64,000 nucleotides of DNA from an uncultured Nitrospirota bacterium (GTDB taxonomy: Bacteria > Nitrospirota > Nitrospiria > 2-01-FULL-66-17). Positions 49,241 through 58,942 of this stretch are shown piece after piece. Position numbers and translations under genes: made by a program. Location: NCBI GenBank assembly GCA_964570625.1, contig CAZMYW010000006.1, positions 420-64,419 of the forward strand, read 5' to 3'. The stretch's first letter is position 1. Every line of letters starts with the position of its first letter. A model generated the notes under the pieces. It saw only the letters and a program-made list of their open reading frames with translations, was not told where the DNA came from and searched no databases.

Positions 49241-51391
49241 ATGACGCGCCGCCGACCCGCACGAACACCTTCGGCAACCGACACGTCACCACCCACCAGT
49301 AGAGCACCCACTGCCGGGAATGAGACGCCGAGTACTCTCTGGTTTTGGCACGGGTTGGCCATCGTGCTGGTGGTTTCCCTGGTTGCCGTCGCCTATGCCA
49401 ACAGCCTCCACGGGGAGTTTCACCTCGACGATCAGAACATCACCACCGACTCCGCACTGCACCTGCGCGACCTCAGCGTCGATTCGCTGGCCAACGCGGT
49501 GTGGCACCGGCGGCCGGTAGCGAGCCTGACCTTTGCCCTGAACTACTACTGGGGCGAACACGAGGTCTTCGGTTACCACCTGCTGAATGTCGCGATCCAC
49601 GCAGCGACTGCGCTGGGCCTTTACGCGTTTCTGTTGCTGTTGTTCCGGCTCCCGCGTGCGCGAGAGGCCGCCGACGAACTCCGCGCGCCGATGGCGTTGG
49701 GCGCCACCCTGCTGTGGGCCGCGCATCCGGTGCAGACTCAAGCCGTCACCTACATCGTGCAGCGCATGACAAGCCTCGCCGCATTGTTCTACGTGCTGGC
49801 GTTGATCACCTATCTCAAAGGCCGGGAAACCGGGGGGCGCGGCCGCATCATCTGGTGGCTTGGAGCGGCGGGGTGCGGCGCGCTGGCCCTCGGCAGCAAA
49901 GAGATGGCTGCCACGCTGCCGTTTGCCCTGCTCTTGATCGAGTGGTGCTTCTTCGACACGGATCGTCGAACCGTGCGGCGAGGGATGATCGCCACGGGAA
50001 TGTTGTTGCTTCCCATCGTGGTGGTGGCGATCTTCACGGTACAGGACCGGACCGGCGCGTCGTTCTGGGGGCAGTTGACCACCCACCGATCGACCATCCA
50101 GCTCTTTACCACGACCGAACACTTCCTGACCGAGGGGCGTGTGGTCGTCCACTACCTCACGCTGCTCGCGTGGCCCCACCCGTCGCGACTCACGTTTGAC
50201 TACGACTTCTCCATCTCTCGCGGCTGGTTCGACCCGCCGACCACGGCGCTGTCGTGGCTCGTGATCCTCGGCACGATTGCCGTCGGGTTCGCGCTCCGTC
50301 GCCGCGCCCCGCTCGCGGCGTTCGCGGTGTTGTGGTTTTTCTTGCAGCTCGCCATTGAATCGAGCTTCATTCCGCTCGATCTGGTCTTCGAGCACCGGCT
50401 CTACCTCCCGTCCATGGGGCTCGCACTCCTCGCCGTCCTGGCGGGTGCACGGGCGTGGCAACGGTGGCGTGGCAGTCGCTTCCGTTATCTCCCGGTTGTG
50501 ACCGCCGCCGCGATTGTCATCGTGTGGACCGGCTGGACGATCCAGCGGAACCGGGTCTGGGCGACGGAGTTCTCCCTCTGGACCGACACCGTGGCCAAGG
50601 CTCCGTCGAATCCCCGCGCTATGTCCAGCCTGGCGGTCGCGTATCGGGACCGCGGCGACCTCGACCGCGCGGTGACGTTGCTACAAGAGGCCACCCGCGC
50701 CAATCCAGGATTCCACCACGGTTTCGGACAACTGGGAGTCGCCCTGCTCGACCGGGGCGACCTCGAGCCCGCACTCGAGGCGTTTCAGCGCGCCCACGCG
50801 CTCGATCCGGCCGATGCACAGGACACCTACCATCTCGGCGTGGTGTATCAGAAGCTGGGGAGACCCGGCGACGCTGAACGCGCGTACCAGGACACCATTC
50901 GCCTCAAACCGGATGATGCGGAGGCACACAACAACCTCGGCGCGGTGTACCAGGAGAAAAACCAGTGGGATGACGCGCTCGCCGAGTATCAAACCGCCGC
51001 CCGGCTGGACCCGACGTTGCCGCAGGCCCACTATGGGATAGCCCGCGTCTTGGAACGTCAGGGAAGACCGGATGAGGCGATTCGCGCCTACCGAGCCGCG
51101 ATCGAACAGAATCCCCGGCACGTGGACGCGCACATCGCGCTCGCCGGGCTCTACCTGACCCGAGGGGAAAAAGGGGCCGCGGTGGAGACTTTCGAGGCCG
51201 CGTTACGGTTAGCCCCCGATGTGCCCGAAGGGCACTATCAGGTCGCGCGACTGCTGGATGACCTCGACCGCAAGGCCGAGGCCTTACCGCATTACCGTCG
51301 ATTTTTGGAGTTGGCCACGGCGGCCCAGGCCAATGCCCGCGCCTGGGTGGAGGCGCGCATTCGGACCCTGGGGCCTGCTGCGTCGCGTTAG
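49241..51391 (+). CDS. TMTC-like protein: N-terminal GT-C membrane domain (DUF1736-type) plus C-terminal TPR repeats (putative protein O-mannosyltransferase)
   Basis: N-terminal motif NSLHGEFHLDDQ...ASLTFALNYYWGE is followed by about 10 TM helices and then at least 8 TPR repeats. Confidence 0.7.
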   Translation: MTRRRPARTPSATDTSPPTSRAPTAGNETPSTLWFWHGLAIVLVVSLVAVAYANSLHGEFHLDDQNITTDSALHLRDLSVDSLANAVWHRRPVASLTFALNYYWGEHEVFGYHLLNVAIHAATALGLYAFLLLLFRLPRAREAADELRAPMALGATLLWAAHPVQTQAVTYIVQRMTSLAALFYVLALITYLKGRETGGRGRIIWWLGAAGCGALALGSKEMAATLPFALLLIEWCFFDTDRRTVRRGMIATGMLLLPIVVVAIFTVQDRTGASFWGQLTTHRSTIQLFTTTEHFLTEGRVVVHYLTLLAWPHPSRLTFDYDFSISRGWFDPPTTALSWLVILGTIAVGFALRRRAPLAAFAVLWFFLQLAIESSFIPLDLVFEHRLYLPSMGLALLAVLAGARAWQRWRGSRFRYLPVVTAAAIVIVWTGWTIQRNRVWATEFSLWTDTVAKAPSNPRAMSSLAVAYRDRGDLDRAVTLLQEATRANPGFHHGFGQLGVALLDRGDLEPALEAFQRAHALDPADAQDTYHLGVVYQKLGRPGDAERAYQDTIRLKPDDAEAHNNLGAVYQEKNQWDDALAEYQTAARLDPTLPQAHYGIARVLERQGRPDEAIRAYRAAIEQNPRHVDAHIALAGLYLTRGEKGAAVETFEAALRLAPDVPEGHYQVARLLDDLDRKAEALPHYRRFLELATAAQANARAWVEARIRTLGPAASR

Positions 51392-51428
51392 GCCCGCGTC
51401 ACTCGATACTCGGATTGGTCGTTAGGAC

Positions 51429-52702
51429 TTAGGAGCACACCGCGCCAAACACGCGGACGCAATTCCGCCCGGCGTGTTTGGCTTCGTATAGGGCTTGATC
51501 GGCGCGATGAATGAACTCTTCCGGCGTGGGGGCGCGCGGTTCGTCGCGGCCTAAAGTGTGGACCCCGAAGCTGCACGTCGCTACGGCCTCGTCCGGAAGC
51601 AATCGTTCCTTTTCGACCTCGCCCCGAATCCGTTCAGCCATGGCCACGGCTTCCTCTTCGCCGGTTTGCGCCATCAAAATCACGAACTCCTCGCCCCCGA
51701 GCCGCGTCACCGTGTCATACGCCCGCACGTATCGGGACAGCACCTGGGCCAGCCCGCGGAGGACGCGGCGCGGTCCAATTCGCCGACCATGATCTCGTTG
51801 AGATAGCGTCGGTTGTACAGGCTGGTCAAGGGATCTCGGATCGAGAGGGTCTTGATCTGTTCAAACGCCTGTTGTTTTTGAATCGCCAGCACGGCCTGGG
51901 TGGCGAGCGGTTTCAACATGCTCAGGATGGACGGATTGAACGTGCGTGGCCTGAAATCGTCGACGTAGAGAATCCCCACCGGGCCGCGCTCCGAGATCAG
52001 CGGCAGGGCGATCAGGGAACGGATCCCCTCCTTGATCAACACGGGGTTCTGAAACGCCGGATAGTCCGCGATATTGGGGACGACCACTGGTTCGGTCTGC
52101 TGCAGGATGTGTTCGGTCAGCCCGCCCGAGCGGACGGGGTACACCGCGTGATCCCGATAAAAACCCGACGAGAATCCCTTCGCCGCGACCAGGAAGAGCT
52201 CGTTCTTCTCATGATTGACAATGGATAGCGATCCGGAGGGCATCTCGGTGATGCGGGTTCCGCCCGTGACAATCGCTTCGAAGATTTGCTCCGGAGTCTG
52301 CGACTGCGACAACATGAGGTTGATGTCAGCCAACACTTGATGTTCCCGCAGGTACTCTCGCACCTGGATTTCTCGGTCCTCCAGGGTCTGGATGACGTTC
52401 CAGAGGAGATGGGAAACTTGTCCGGAGACGAGATCGAACGTGCGGCCGGAGAGCGCGGTCAGGCGAGCCTGCACCGCGGGATTGCCGGTCAGGTCGAACA
52501 CGAGGTCCACCTCACCGGTCGGCAATTCTTCGAGCGGCTTGTCGACGAAAACCGGCACCTTGGCCTGCCGCGCCAGGACCAGACCGGGAGCATTCGGGTC
52601 GCGATCATGGACTCCGACCACCGTGACCCAATCGAATTGGAGGAGCCGGCTCAACACGGCCTGGCCTCCTTTGCCGGCTCCAATGATCAACACCCTGACC
52701 AT
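51429..52702 (-). pseudogene. GAF-GGDEF diguanylate cyclase gene disrupted by an internal deletion and frameshift within the GGDEF domain
   Basis: ORF 52702-51707 encodes a Rossmann-like domain, a GAF domain and the start of GGDEF (DPLTSLYNRRYLNE...ELDRAASS), then terminates. ORF 51743-51429 in another frame encodes the end of the domain (VLSRYVRAYDTVTRLGGEEF...). The ~30 residues normally carrying DxDxFKxxND are absent. Confidence 0.6.
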
Positions 52703-53105
52703 CGATTCACTCCGATCCGATCGTCCTCTACCGTAGCCCAGAATCGGATATTGTCAACGCGCAAATAGCGACGGGCCACGGCTCAACCAACGCGGCGGAT
52801 GGTCCCCTGCGTCACCGGGGGGGGCGAACGTTTGACTCGGCCCGAGAGCCTCAGATACAGTGATGGGCTGGTGAAACCGAGGCCACGCGTACGGCGGAAG
52901 CGGTCTGGACCGCAGGGTTAAAAGACGGCAATGGCACGGTCAAACTCGGCAGCGGCGCGTATGAAAGGAACGACGCGGTGAAGTTTCGCGAGTATGCCGA
53001 GGCGGCCAAGGCCGGTCGCCCGGTCTCGCGCGCACTGGCCGGGGTGCCGATCGAGTTGGACGCCACGCTTACCGCGTAACCGCGGCTCAACGAGGAGGGT
53101 TTGTC

Positions 53106-53651
53106 ATGCGAGGGATTCGACTGTTGCTGGCGTGTGTTCCGGTCCTGCTCGCCACGGGTTGTTCGACGCTGAATGCGGACTATGACTATGACCCGGCCGT
53201 GGATTTTTCGACTCTTCACACCTTCGGCTGGTTGCCGAGGACTTCGGACTCATCGCTGCAGGCGTTGACCGCAAAGCGGATTCAGAATGCGGTCAACGCC
53301 CAGCTCCAGGCCAAAGGACTGACACCGCAGGCCGACAATCCCGACTTTCTGATCGGCATGCAGGTATCGGGCAGGACCAAAGACGCGGGGTCGGTGGGTG
53401 TGGGCGCGTCGATCGGCATCCCGGTCGGCCCCGGCTCCATCTCCTTGGGCACGGGACGCAGCAAGAACAAGGAAGAGCAAGAAGGTACGCTGGTCCTGGA
53501 CTTCCTGTCGCCCACCGATCGGTCGCTGCTCTGGCACGGCTCGGCGACCGGAACCGTCCACCCGGAAGCTCCGCCTGAAGACCAGGAAAAACGGATCAAC
53601 CAGGCGGTGGCGAAGATGTTGGAGAATTTCCCGCCTCAGCGAAAGAAGTAA
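53106..53651 (+). CDS. Lipoprotein (DUF4136-like)
   Basis: Lipobox LLATGC. Family assignment is tentative. Confidence 0.5.
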   Translation: MRGIRLLLACVPVLLATGCSTLNADYDYDPAVDFSTLHTFGWLPRTSDSSLQALTAKRIQNAVNAQLQAKGLTPQADNPDFLIGMQVSGRTKDAGSVGVGASIGIPVGPGSISLGTGRSKNKEEQEGTLVLDFLSPTDRSLLWHGSATGTVHPEAPPEDQEKRINQAVAKMLENFPPQRKK

Positions 53652-53924
53652 CTCCCGGAATACTCCCGGCTCGGCGTTACGAATTTGCTCAGGGATTACG
53701 CCCGAAGCCCGTTTTCTCGCGGTTCCACCGGATTCTTGGTACCAAACCCCTCCACACCATCCTCCGCCCACTTCGAACTCTGAGGAAGCTCCCGTTGTCT
53801 TCGGCTGCGTCCGGACGGGAATCGGCTGACACTCGAGTCTGGTATCATCAACCATCCCCCCTGGAGGCGACAGATGGTTCGACCCTCGGTGCGACCTTGC
53901 AGGAAAAACAGGTGTGGATCTGGC

Positions 53925-54989
53925 ATGCGGAGACCTACCACATCCCTGAAACTGTTGCTGACGGCTCTCAGCCTCGTGATGGGACTGAGCCAGGTCTCGT
54001 GCACCGGGCGCGGACCGCTTCAAGTCGGTGGCTGGGTTACCTACTGGGACTTTCAGCCGGGGCTGGAGTTGCTGCACCGCCACCCGGGCGCTTTGAGCGA
54101 CGTGTTCTTTTTTATCGCCCATCTCGACACAGACGGCCGTCCAGTGCTTGTCGATCCCACGCTCCCCGTCGACCAAGCAGTCGCCCGCGTCAAGGCCAAT
54201 GGCGGACGCCCATGGCTGACTATCGTAAACGACATCAGGTCGGACCGAGGCGTCGCGCTGAAGGATCCACAGGTTGTCCACGACGTCCTTGGCAGCACGG
54301 ACCGGCGGGCCGCCCATCGCGCTGCCATCATCGAGCTGGTGTCGCAGTATGGGATGTCTGGCGTGGATATCGACTACGAGAATCTCTGGGCCCGTGATCG
54401 AACATTGTTCACGACGTTCATCCGCGAATTAGCGGCCGACGCGCGCCGACGGGGCGTCTTGCTGTCCGTGACGGTTCAGCCCAAACTCGGCGAGCGCGGG
54501 TCCGACGGCCCGGGTGCGGCGGACTGGGGGGCCCTTTGCGCGACCGTCGATCGCCTCCAAATCATGCTGTACAACCTCCACAGCCGAGCCACCGGTCCCG
54601 GCCCCATGGCCACCGGCCGATGGATCAGGGGCGTGTTGAGCTACGCGAACTCGCAGTGCGATCCCGAGCGCATCGTGCCGGCGTTAAAAATCAGCGGGAT
54701 GCGTTGGGCGGACGACACGGTCGAAGGGGTGCAGTATGTTCAGGCGATGGCCTTGGTCCAAGAGCACAGCGCGTTGATCTCACGGGACGCGGACGATCAG
54801 GTCCCACATTTTTCCTATCAGGCGGACGGCCGGTCCCACACCGTGTACTACGAGGACGCCGTCAGCCTGCGGGAGAAATTGGCCCTCATCCGGTCGCTCG
54901 GTTATCGGTCCGTGGCGCTGTGGAGTCTGGGGCGGCAGGATCCCGCATTGTTCCAGCCGCCGGCGTCCGGCGAGGCCGGCGATCGTTAG
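53925..54989 (+). CDS. Glycoside hydrolase family 18 protein (chitinase-like), secreted
   Basis: GH18 catalytic motif GVDIDYE is present, with a signal peptide. It is convergent with the PNAG-like operon. Confidence 0.7.
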   Translation: MRRPTTSLKLLLTALSLVMGLSQVSCTGRGPLQVGGWVTYWDFQPGLELLHRHPGALSDVFFFIAHLDTDGRPVLVDPTLPVDQAVARVKANGGRPWLTIVNDIRSDRGVALKDPQVVHDVLGSTDRRAAHRAAIIELVSQYGMSGVDIDYENLWARDRTLFTTFIRELAADARRRGVLLSVTVQPKLGERGSDGPGAADWGALCATVDRLQIMLYNLHSRATGPGPMATGRWIRGVLSYANSQCDPERIVPALKISGMRWADDTVEGVQYVQAMALVQEHSALISRDADDQVPHFSYQADGRSHTVYYEDAVSLREKLALIRSLGYRSVALWSLGRQDPALFQPPASGEAGDR

Positions 54990-57900
54990 AATCGCAGGCT
55001 CACGGAGCCATCGAGCAGCCAACTCTGGTATCCCGGTGAGCGAGAGTAGTCCCATCCCAGCCGAGACTGAATTCGCTCGGTCCACGCCTGGACGGCTTCA
55101 ACGGCCGTGTCGCTCACCAGGCGGTTGCCGCGCAGGGACTCATCTGCCCAGCCCGCCCCAGCCTCGCCCGACAGTTCCCACCCCGAGGCCCATCGCCGCC
55201 GGTAGGCGACGATCCCACGCCCCACGGTCAGGTCTTCGGGTGTGTAGTACCGATTGGACTGCACGCGGGTGTCGCTGCGAGTAATCGCCAGACCCAGCCG
55301 CCACTCGGGCCACGGCGAGAGGACGCGCCGAACCGCGGCGCGGAGATCGAGGCGCACGTTTCCGTCGTCGTAGAACCGTTGCGAGCCGAACACGGAAGCA
55401 TCCCACTCCGGGGCGGGGCGCACCAGATACGACGCGGCGTACCCTCGGCTCTGCAGCCCGATCTCGTGCGCGCGGACCGTATCCACGTCCTCGGACGCCC
55501 ACTGCAGTCGCAATTCATGGACGTCCGACTCGTACACACCCAGAAGCCACACGTTGACGCTGTTCGCACTCTGTTCGATAAACCGGTCACGCACGTGCAC
55601 GCGCAGGCTCAGTCGATTCGTGGCCTGCCACTCGACACCCGCGGTCACCTCGCGGCCCGAAAGATCCGGCAGGCCCTCCTCGGTGAAGCGAACCACGCCG
55701 GCTTCGGTCCAGAGCGTCACGGGACGGGTCAACGGATAACGCAACTGTACCGCGTCCCACCAGTTGGTACGGCCGTTGGAGTCCCGGAACATCCCGAGGC
55801 GCTCCGTCACGCGGGGCCGGTTTTCCCACAGAATACGCGTCATCAGATCGCGGCTTTCGCTGGATCGTTCTCCATAGAGCATGGCGGTCTGGAGGTGATG
55901 TTGGGCCTCGCGAACCAGCCCTTGATGAAACGCCACGCTGGCGAGCTGGTACGCTCTCTCTCCGGCCAGCAGTGGGGTCTGTGCGTCGAGGCTTCGGAAA
56001 GCGGCTCGCGATTGCTCGTACCGCCCGCTCCAGGCCCACGACTTGCCGAGCTGCATCTGAGCGATATGGCGCGGATGGTGGGTGGCCAGGTGCTTGAGCA
56101 GTTTCTCGCCGTTCCAGGAGCGAGGGATGTTGAACCGGCGCAACATCCCCGACGCCGACGAATCCACCTCGTTGTACCCGCTCTGGTCCTGCACGAACCC
56201 GTAACGGAAATAGCGAAACAGCAACCGCTCGTTGAGGTCCGCGGCGTCCGGCTCATTGCCCGCGTTCTCTTGACCGGCCTCGGAGAACGGAAAGGCGTAG
56301 CCGACCACGCGCAGGCCCGCGACGTGATCCTTGAGCTGGCTGACCGTGTCTTGATAGTCCTGTTCCAACCGGCGCGCGTACTCGTCCCGGGTCTCGAGCC
56401 GCTCCTGTCCCTCCAGCCACAGCCGGTTGACCAGAAACCCGCCCATCTGTTCAGTCTCGTCGATCGGAATCAGATCGTGGGCGTGATGGCCGTGTCCCTG
56501 GAGATCCCAGCGGCCGGTCTTGGCGTAGCGGCGGACCAGGTCCCAGTCCGCGAAGAACGGATGGTCGTCCAAAATCCTGGCGGTGGGTACGAACATCGTG
56601 GCTTTCATACCGTACTTGGCCAGGACCGGATCGCCGAGCTGAAACGAATCGATGCGGGCGTCGTCAAAGGTGATGAGGATCGGCTGCCGGGGAAACGGCT
56701 GTCGCCCTCCCATCATCTCGACCAACTCACGAAACGTAATCGCGGTGTAGCCCGCGTCGCGCAGCGCCCTGAGTTGGGACTCAAACAGGGCGACGGGCAG
56801 GTTCGCGCTGCGGGGATGCTCGCCCAGCCCGTGGTACAGCAGGATGGGAACGTAGTGCGCCGTGGGCGACGCCACGCGGGTGAACAACGCGCGCGCGTCG
56901 TCGCCCCGTCGCTGGGCAAGCAGAATGCGTGCCCGCTGTAACTGCACCTCGTAATCTTTGAAAAAGGTCGCGCGATTGCGCTCAAGCAGTTCGAGCGCCT
57001 CCCGCGGGCGGTCGGCCTCGATCAAGGTGTTGAGGAGGCCGATGAAGACCCGTCGATTGCGTGGGTATCGGGCCAAGAGGGCGGCGTACTCGCGGTAGGC
57101 CTCGTCGTACCGTTGGCCAAGACGTTGACTGTCCGCCGCGCTGATCAGAATCTCCAGGTGGTCGGGGTGTTTCTGCTTCGCCCGCTCGAGCGTGGCCTCG
57201 CTGTCCGCGATCATCCCTCGCTCGCGGTACAGCGTCGCCAGCTCGGTCCAGAACGCGGGTCGCTCGGGATAGGATTGGACCGCGAGTTCGTACCAGCGCG
57301 CGGACTCTCCCGTGTTGCCCTGAATCAGCGCGTCCTCGATCAAGAACCGCACCAAGGCTTCGTCGGGACCCTCGTTCGCAATCGCTTCTTTGGCCGCGCT
57401 GAGGGCGGCGTCGTACTCGCCCAGGCTGTACCGCGATCGCAGCCAGTAATACCGCGCCCGGGGTGACCGGGAACCGAGCGTCAGCACCCTGCGCCATTGT
57501 GCTTCACCGGCGCGATAATCGTGGTATTGCATAAGCAGTTCGCCCCAGAAAAACTGGACACCGAGGTCCTGGGGATACGACGCGGCCAAGCCGCGGGCGT
57601 AGCGTTTGGCCCGTTCGAACTGCCCGTCCCAGAACAACGCTTTCGCCAGTTTGAGCTGTTCGCCCGGCTGATCCGGAGCCAGGCGCAGACTGGTTTGGAT
57701 GGTTTGAATCGCCGCGGGGTATTCCCGATGGGCCAGGTGGAGCTGGGTCAAGAGATTGTGGGCCTCCGCGCGACGAGGATAGAGCTCGGCGTATCGGGTC
57801 CAGATCTCCTCGCACTGCGCCCACCGAGCGGCGCGCCAGTAGGCCCAGCCCAGGTCCCGCAGCACGTCGGCCGACTCCGGGTCGTAGCCCAACGCCCGCT

Positions 57901-58942
57901 GATAGCGCTCGATGGCGTCGTCGAGTCGATCGGCTTGATACGCCGCGGCGCCCTGGAACGCGTAGATCCAGCCGAGCGCGCGCCTGATCTGCGCGCCGGA
58001 CCCGGCGGTCTTGATTCGCTGCTCGAACCAGGCCGCGCCCTGCCGGGAACGGTCATGGCGGAGGAAGAGGTTCGCGACCCGCAGCGACCAATCCGTCTCG
58101 GCGGTGGACACTTCGAAAACCCGGTCCAACCACCCCAACGCTTGATCATCGCGCCCATCCTGGAACGCGAGATCGGCCAGGCGAAAGGCGATCTGGGGGA
58201 GGCGCGGTCCCGCGTCCCAGGCTTTTCGGTACCAGGTCCTGGCGCTGGAGGCGTCCCCGATCTCCCGCGACGCGTCGGCCAAATGGCGGTAGAGCTGCTC
58301 GGCATCGGGTTGAAGGGCCACCGCCTGCTTCCACGCGCTGATGGCTTGTCGCGTCTTCCCCTGTTTGCGCGTGGCCCATCCCAGATCGGCCAACAACTCC
58401 GCGTCGAGCGGATCCGTCTCGAGCTGTTTCAGATAGGAGAGCTCCGCGGCGTGGTACTCGCGAGCCGCCTGGTCTCGGTGTCCCAAAACTTCATGGATCC
58501 TGGCGATCCGAAACAGGATCTGCGGTTGGTCGGGAACCGCGAGCAGACTGTCTCGGTATCGTGCCAGCGCCTGGTCCCAGGCCCGCCGGTCCGCGAAGAT
58601 CGCCCCGATTTCGTTGATGACCTCCACCGTGTCTGGCTCGATCTTGAGCACGGTCTCCCAGATGCCGATCGCCTTGTCGTCCTGGTCCAGCCGGCGATGG
58701 GCCCATCCGAGGTTTTCCCAGGCTTTGAGCAACCCCGGATCGAGTTGCGTCGCTTCTCGAAGCGCACCCACCGCCTCTTCAAACTGTCCGCTTCGATACA
58801 GTTCGGCTCCGCGGTCCAGGGCCTCCTGCCCCGGCGACGCGCTCCAAGCCGGCGCGCCGAGTTGGAGCGCCGACCACGCCATCAACACGAGCACCCAGCC
58901 GGTACGCCCGGACACACGGCGGCGGGGATCAGCGGCTCGCAT
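54986..58942 (-). CDS. Fusion protein: N-terminal TPR array, CE4 polysaccharide deacetylase (PgaB-like) and C-terminal outer-membrane beta-barrel (PgaA-like porin)
   Basis: A signal peptide follows Met 58942. At least 12 TPR repeats are present. CE4 motifs are ILITFDDARIDS and HGHHAHD. The C-terminal ~450 aa show beta-strand periodicity and end ...SVSLRF. The start overlaps the upstream gene by 14 nt. Confidence 0.7.
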   Translation of the reverse strand: MRAADPRRRVSGRTGWVLVLMAWSALQLGAPAWSASPGQEALDRGAELYRSGQFEEAVGALREATQLDPGLLKAWENLGWAHRRLDQDDKAIGIWETVLKIEPDTVEVINEIGAIFADRRAWDQALARYRDSLLAVPDQPQILFRIARIHEVLGHRDQAAREYHAAELSYLKQLETDPLDAELLADLGWATRKQGKTRQAISAWKQAVALQPDAEQLYRHLADASREIGDASSARTWYRKAWDAGPRLPQIAFRLADLAFQDGRDDQALGWLDRVFEVSTAETDWSLRVANLFLRHDRSRQGAAWFEQRIKTAGSGAQIRRALGWIYAFQGAAAYQADRLDDAIERYQRALGYDPESADVLRDLGWAYWRAARWAQCEEIWTRYAELYPRRAEAHNLLTQLHLAHREYPAAIQTIQTSLRLAPDQPGEQLKLAKALFWDGQFERAKRYARGLAASYPQDLGVQFFWGELLMQYHDYRAGEAQWRRVLTLGSRSPRARYYWLRSRYSLGEYDAALSAAKEAIANEGPDEALVRFLIEDALIQGNTGESARWYELAVQSYPERPAFWTELATLYRERGMIADSEATLERAKQKHPDHLEILISAADSQRLGQRYDEAYREYAALLARYPRNRRVFIGLLNTLIEADRPREALELLERNRATFFKDYEVQLQRARILLAQRRGDDARALFTRVASPTAHYVPILLYHGLGEHPRSANLPVALFESQLRALRDAGYTAITFRELVEMMGGRQPFPRQPILITFDDARIDSFQLGDPVLAKYGMKATMFVPTARILDDHPFFADWDLVRRYAKTGRWDLQGHGHHAHDLIPIDETEQMGGFLVNRLWLEGQERLETRDEYARRLEQDYQDTVSQLKDHVAGLRVVGYAFPFSEAGQENAGNEPDAADLNERLLFRYFRYGFVQDQSGYNEVDSSASGMLRRFNIPRSWNGEKLLKHLATHHPRHIAQMQLGKSWAWSGRYEQSRAAFRSLDAQTPLLAGERAYQLASVAFHQGLVREAQHHLQTAMLYGERSSESRDLMTRILWENRPRVTERLGMFRDSNGRTNWWDAVQLRYPLTRPVTLWTEAGVVRFTEEGLPDLSGREVTAGVEWQATNRLSLRVHVRDRFIEQSANSVNVWLLGVYESDVHELRLQWASEDVDTVRAHEIGLQSRGYAASYLVRPAPEWDASVFGSQRFYDDGNVRLDLRAAVRRVLSPWPEWRLGLAITRSDTRVQSNRYYTPEDLTVGRGIVAYRRRWASGWELSGEAGAGWADESLRGNRLVSDTAVEAVQAWTERIQSRLGWDYSRSPGYQSWLLDGSVSLRF

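Noticed and set aside
52851-53219. A 122-aa minus-strand ORF overlapping the start of the lipoprotein gene.
   Set aside because: No motifs, and it overlaps a gene with a clear lipobox and signal peptide. It is probably spurious.
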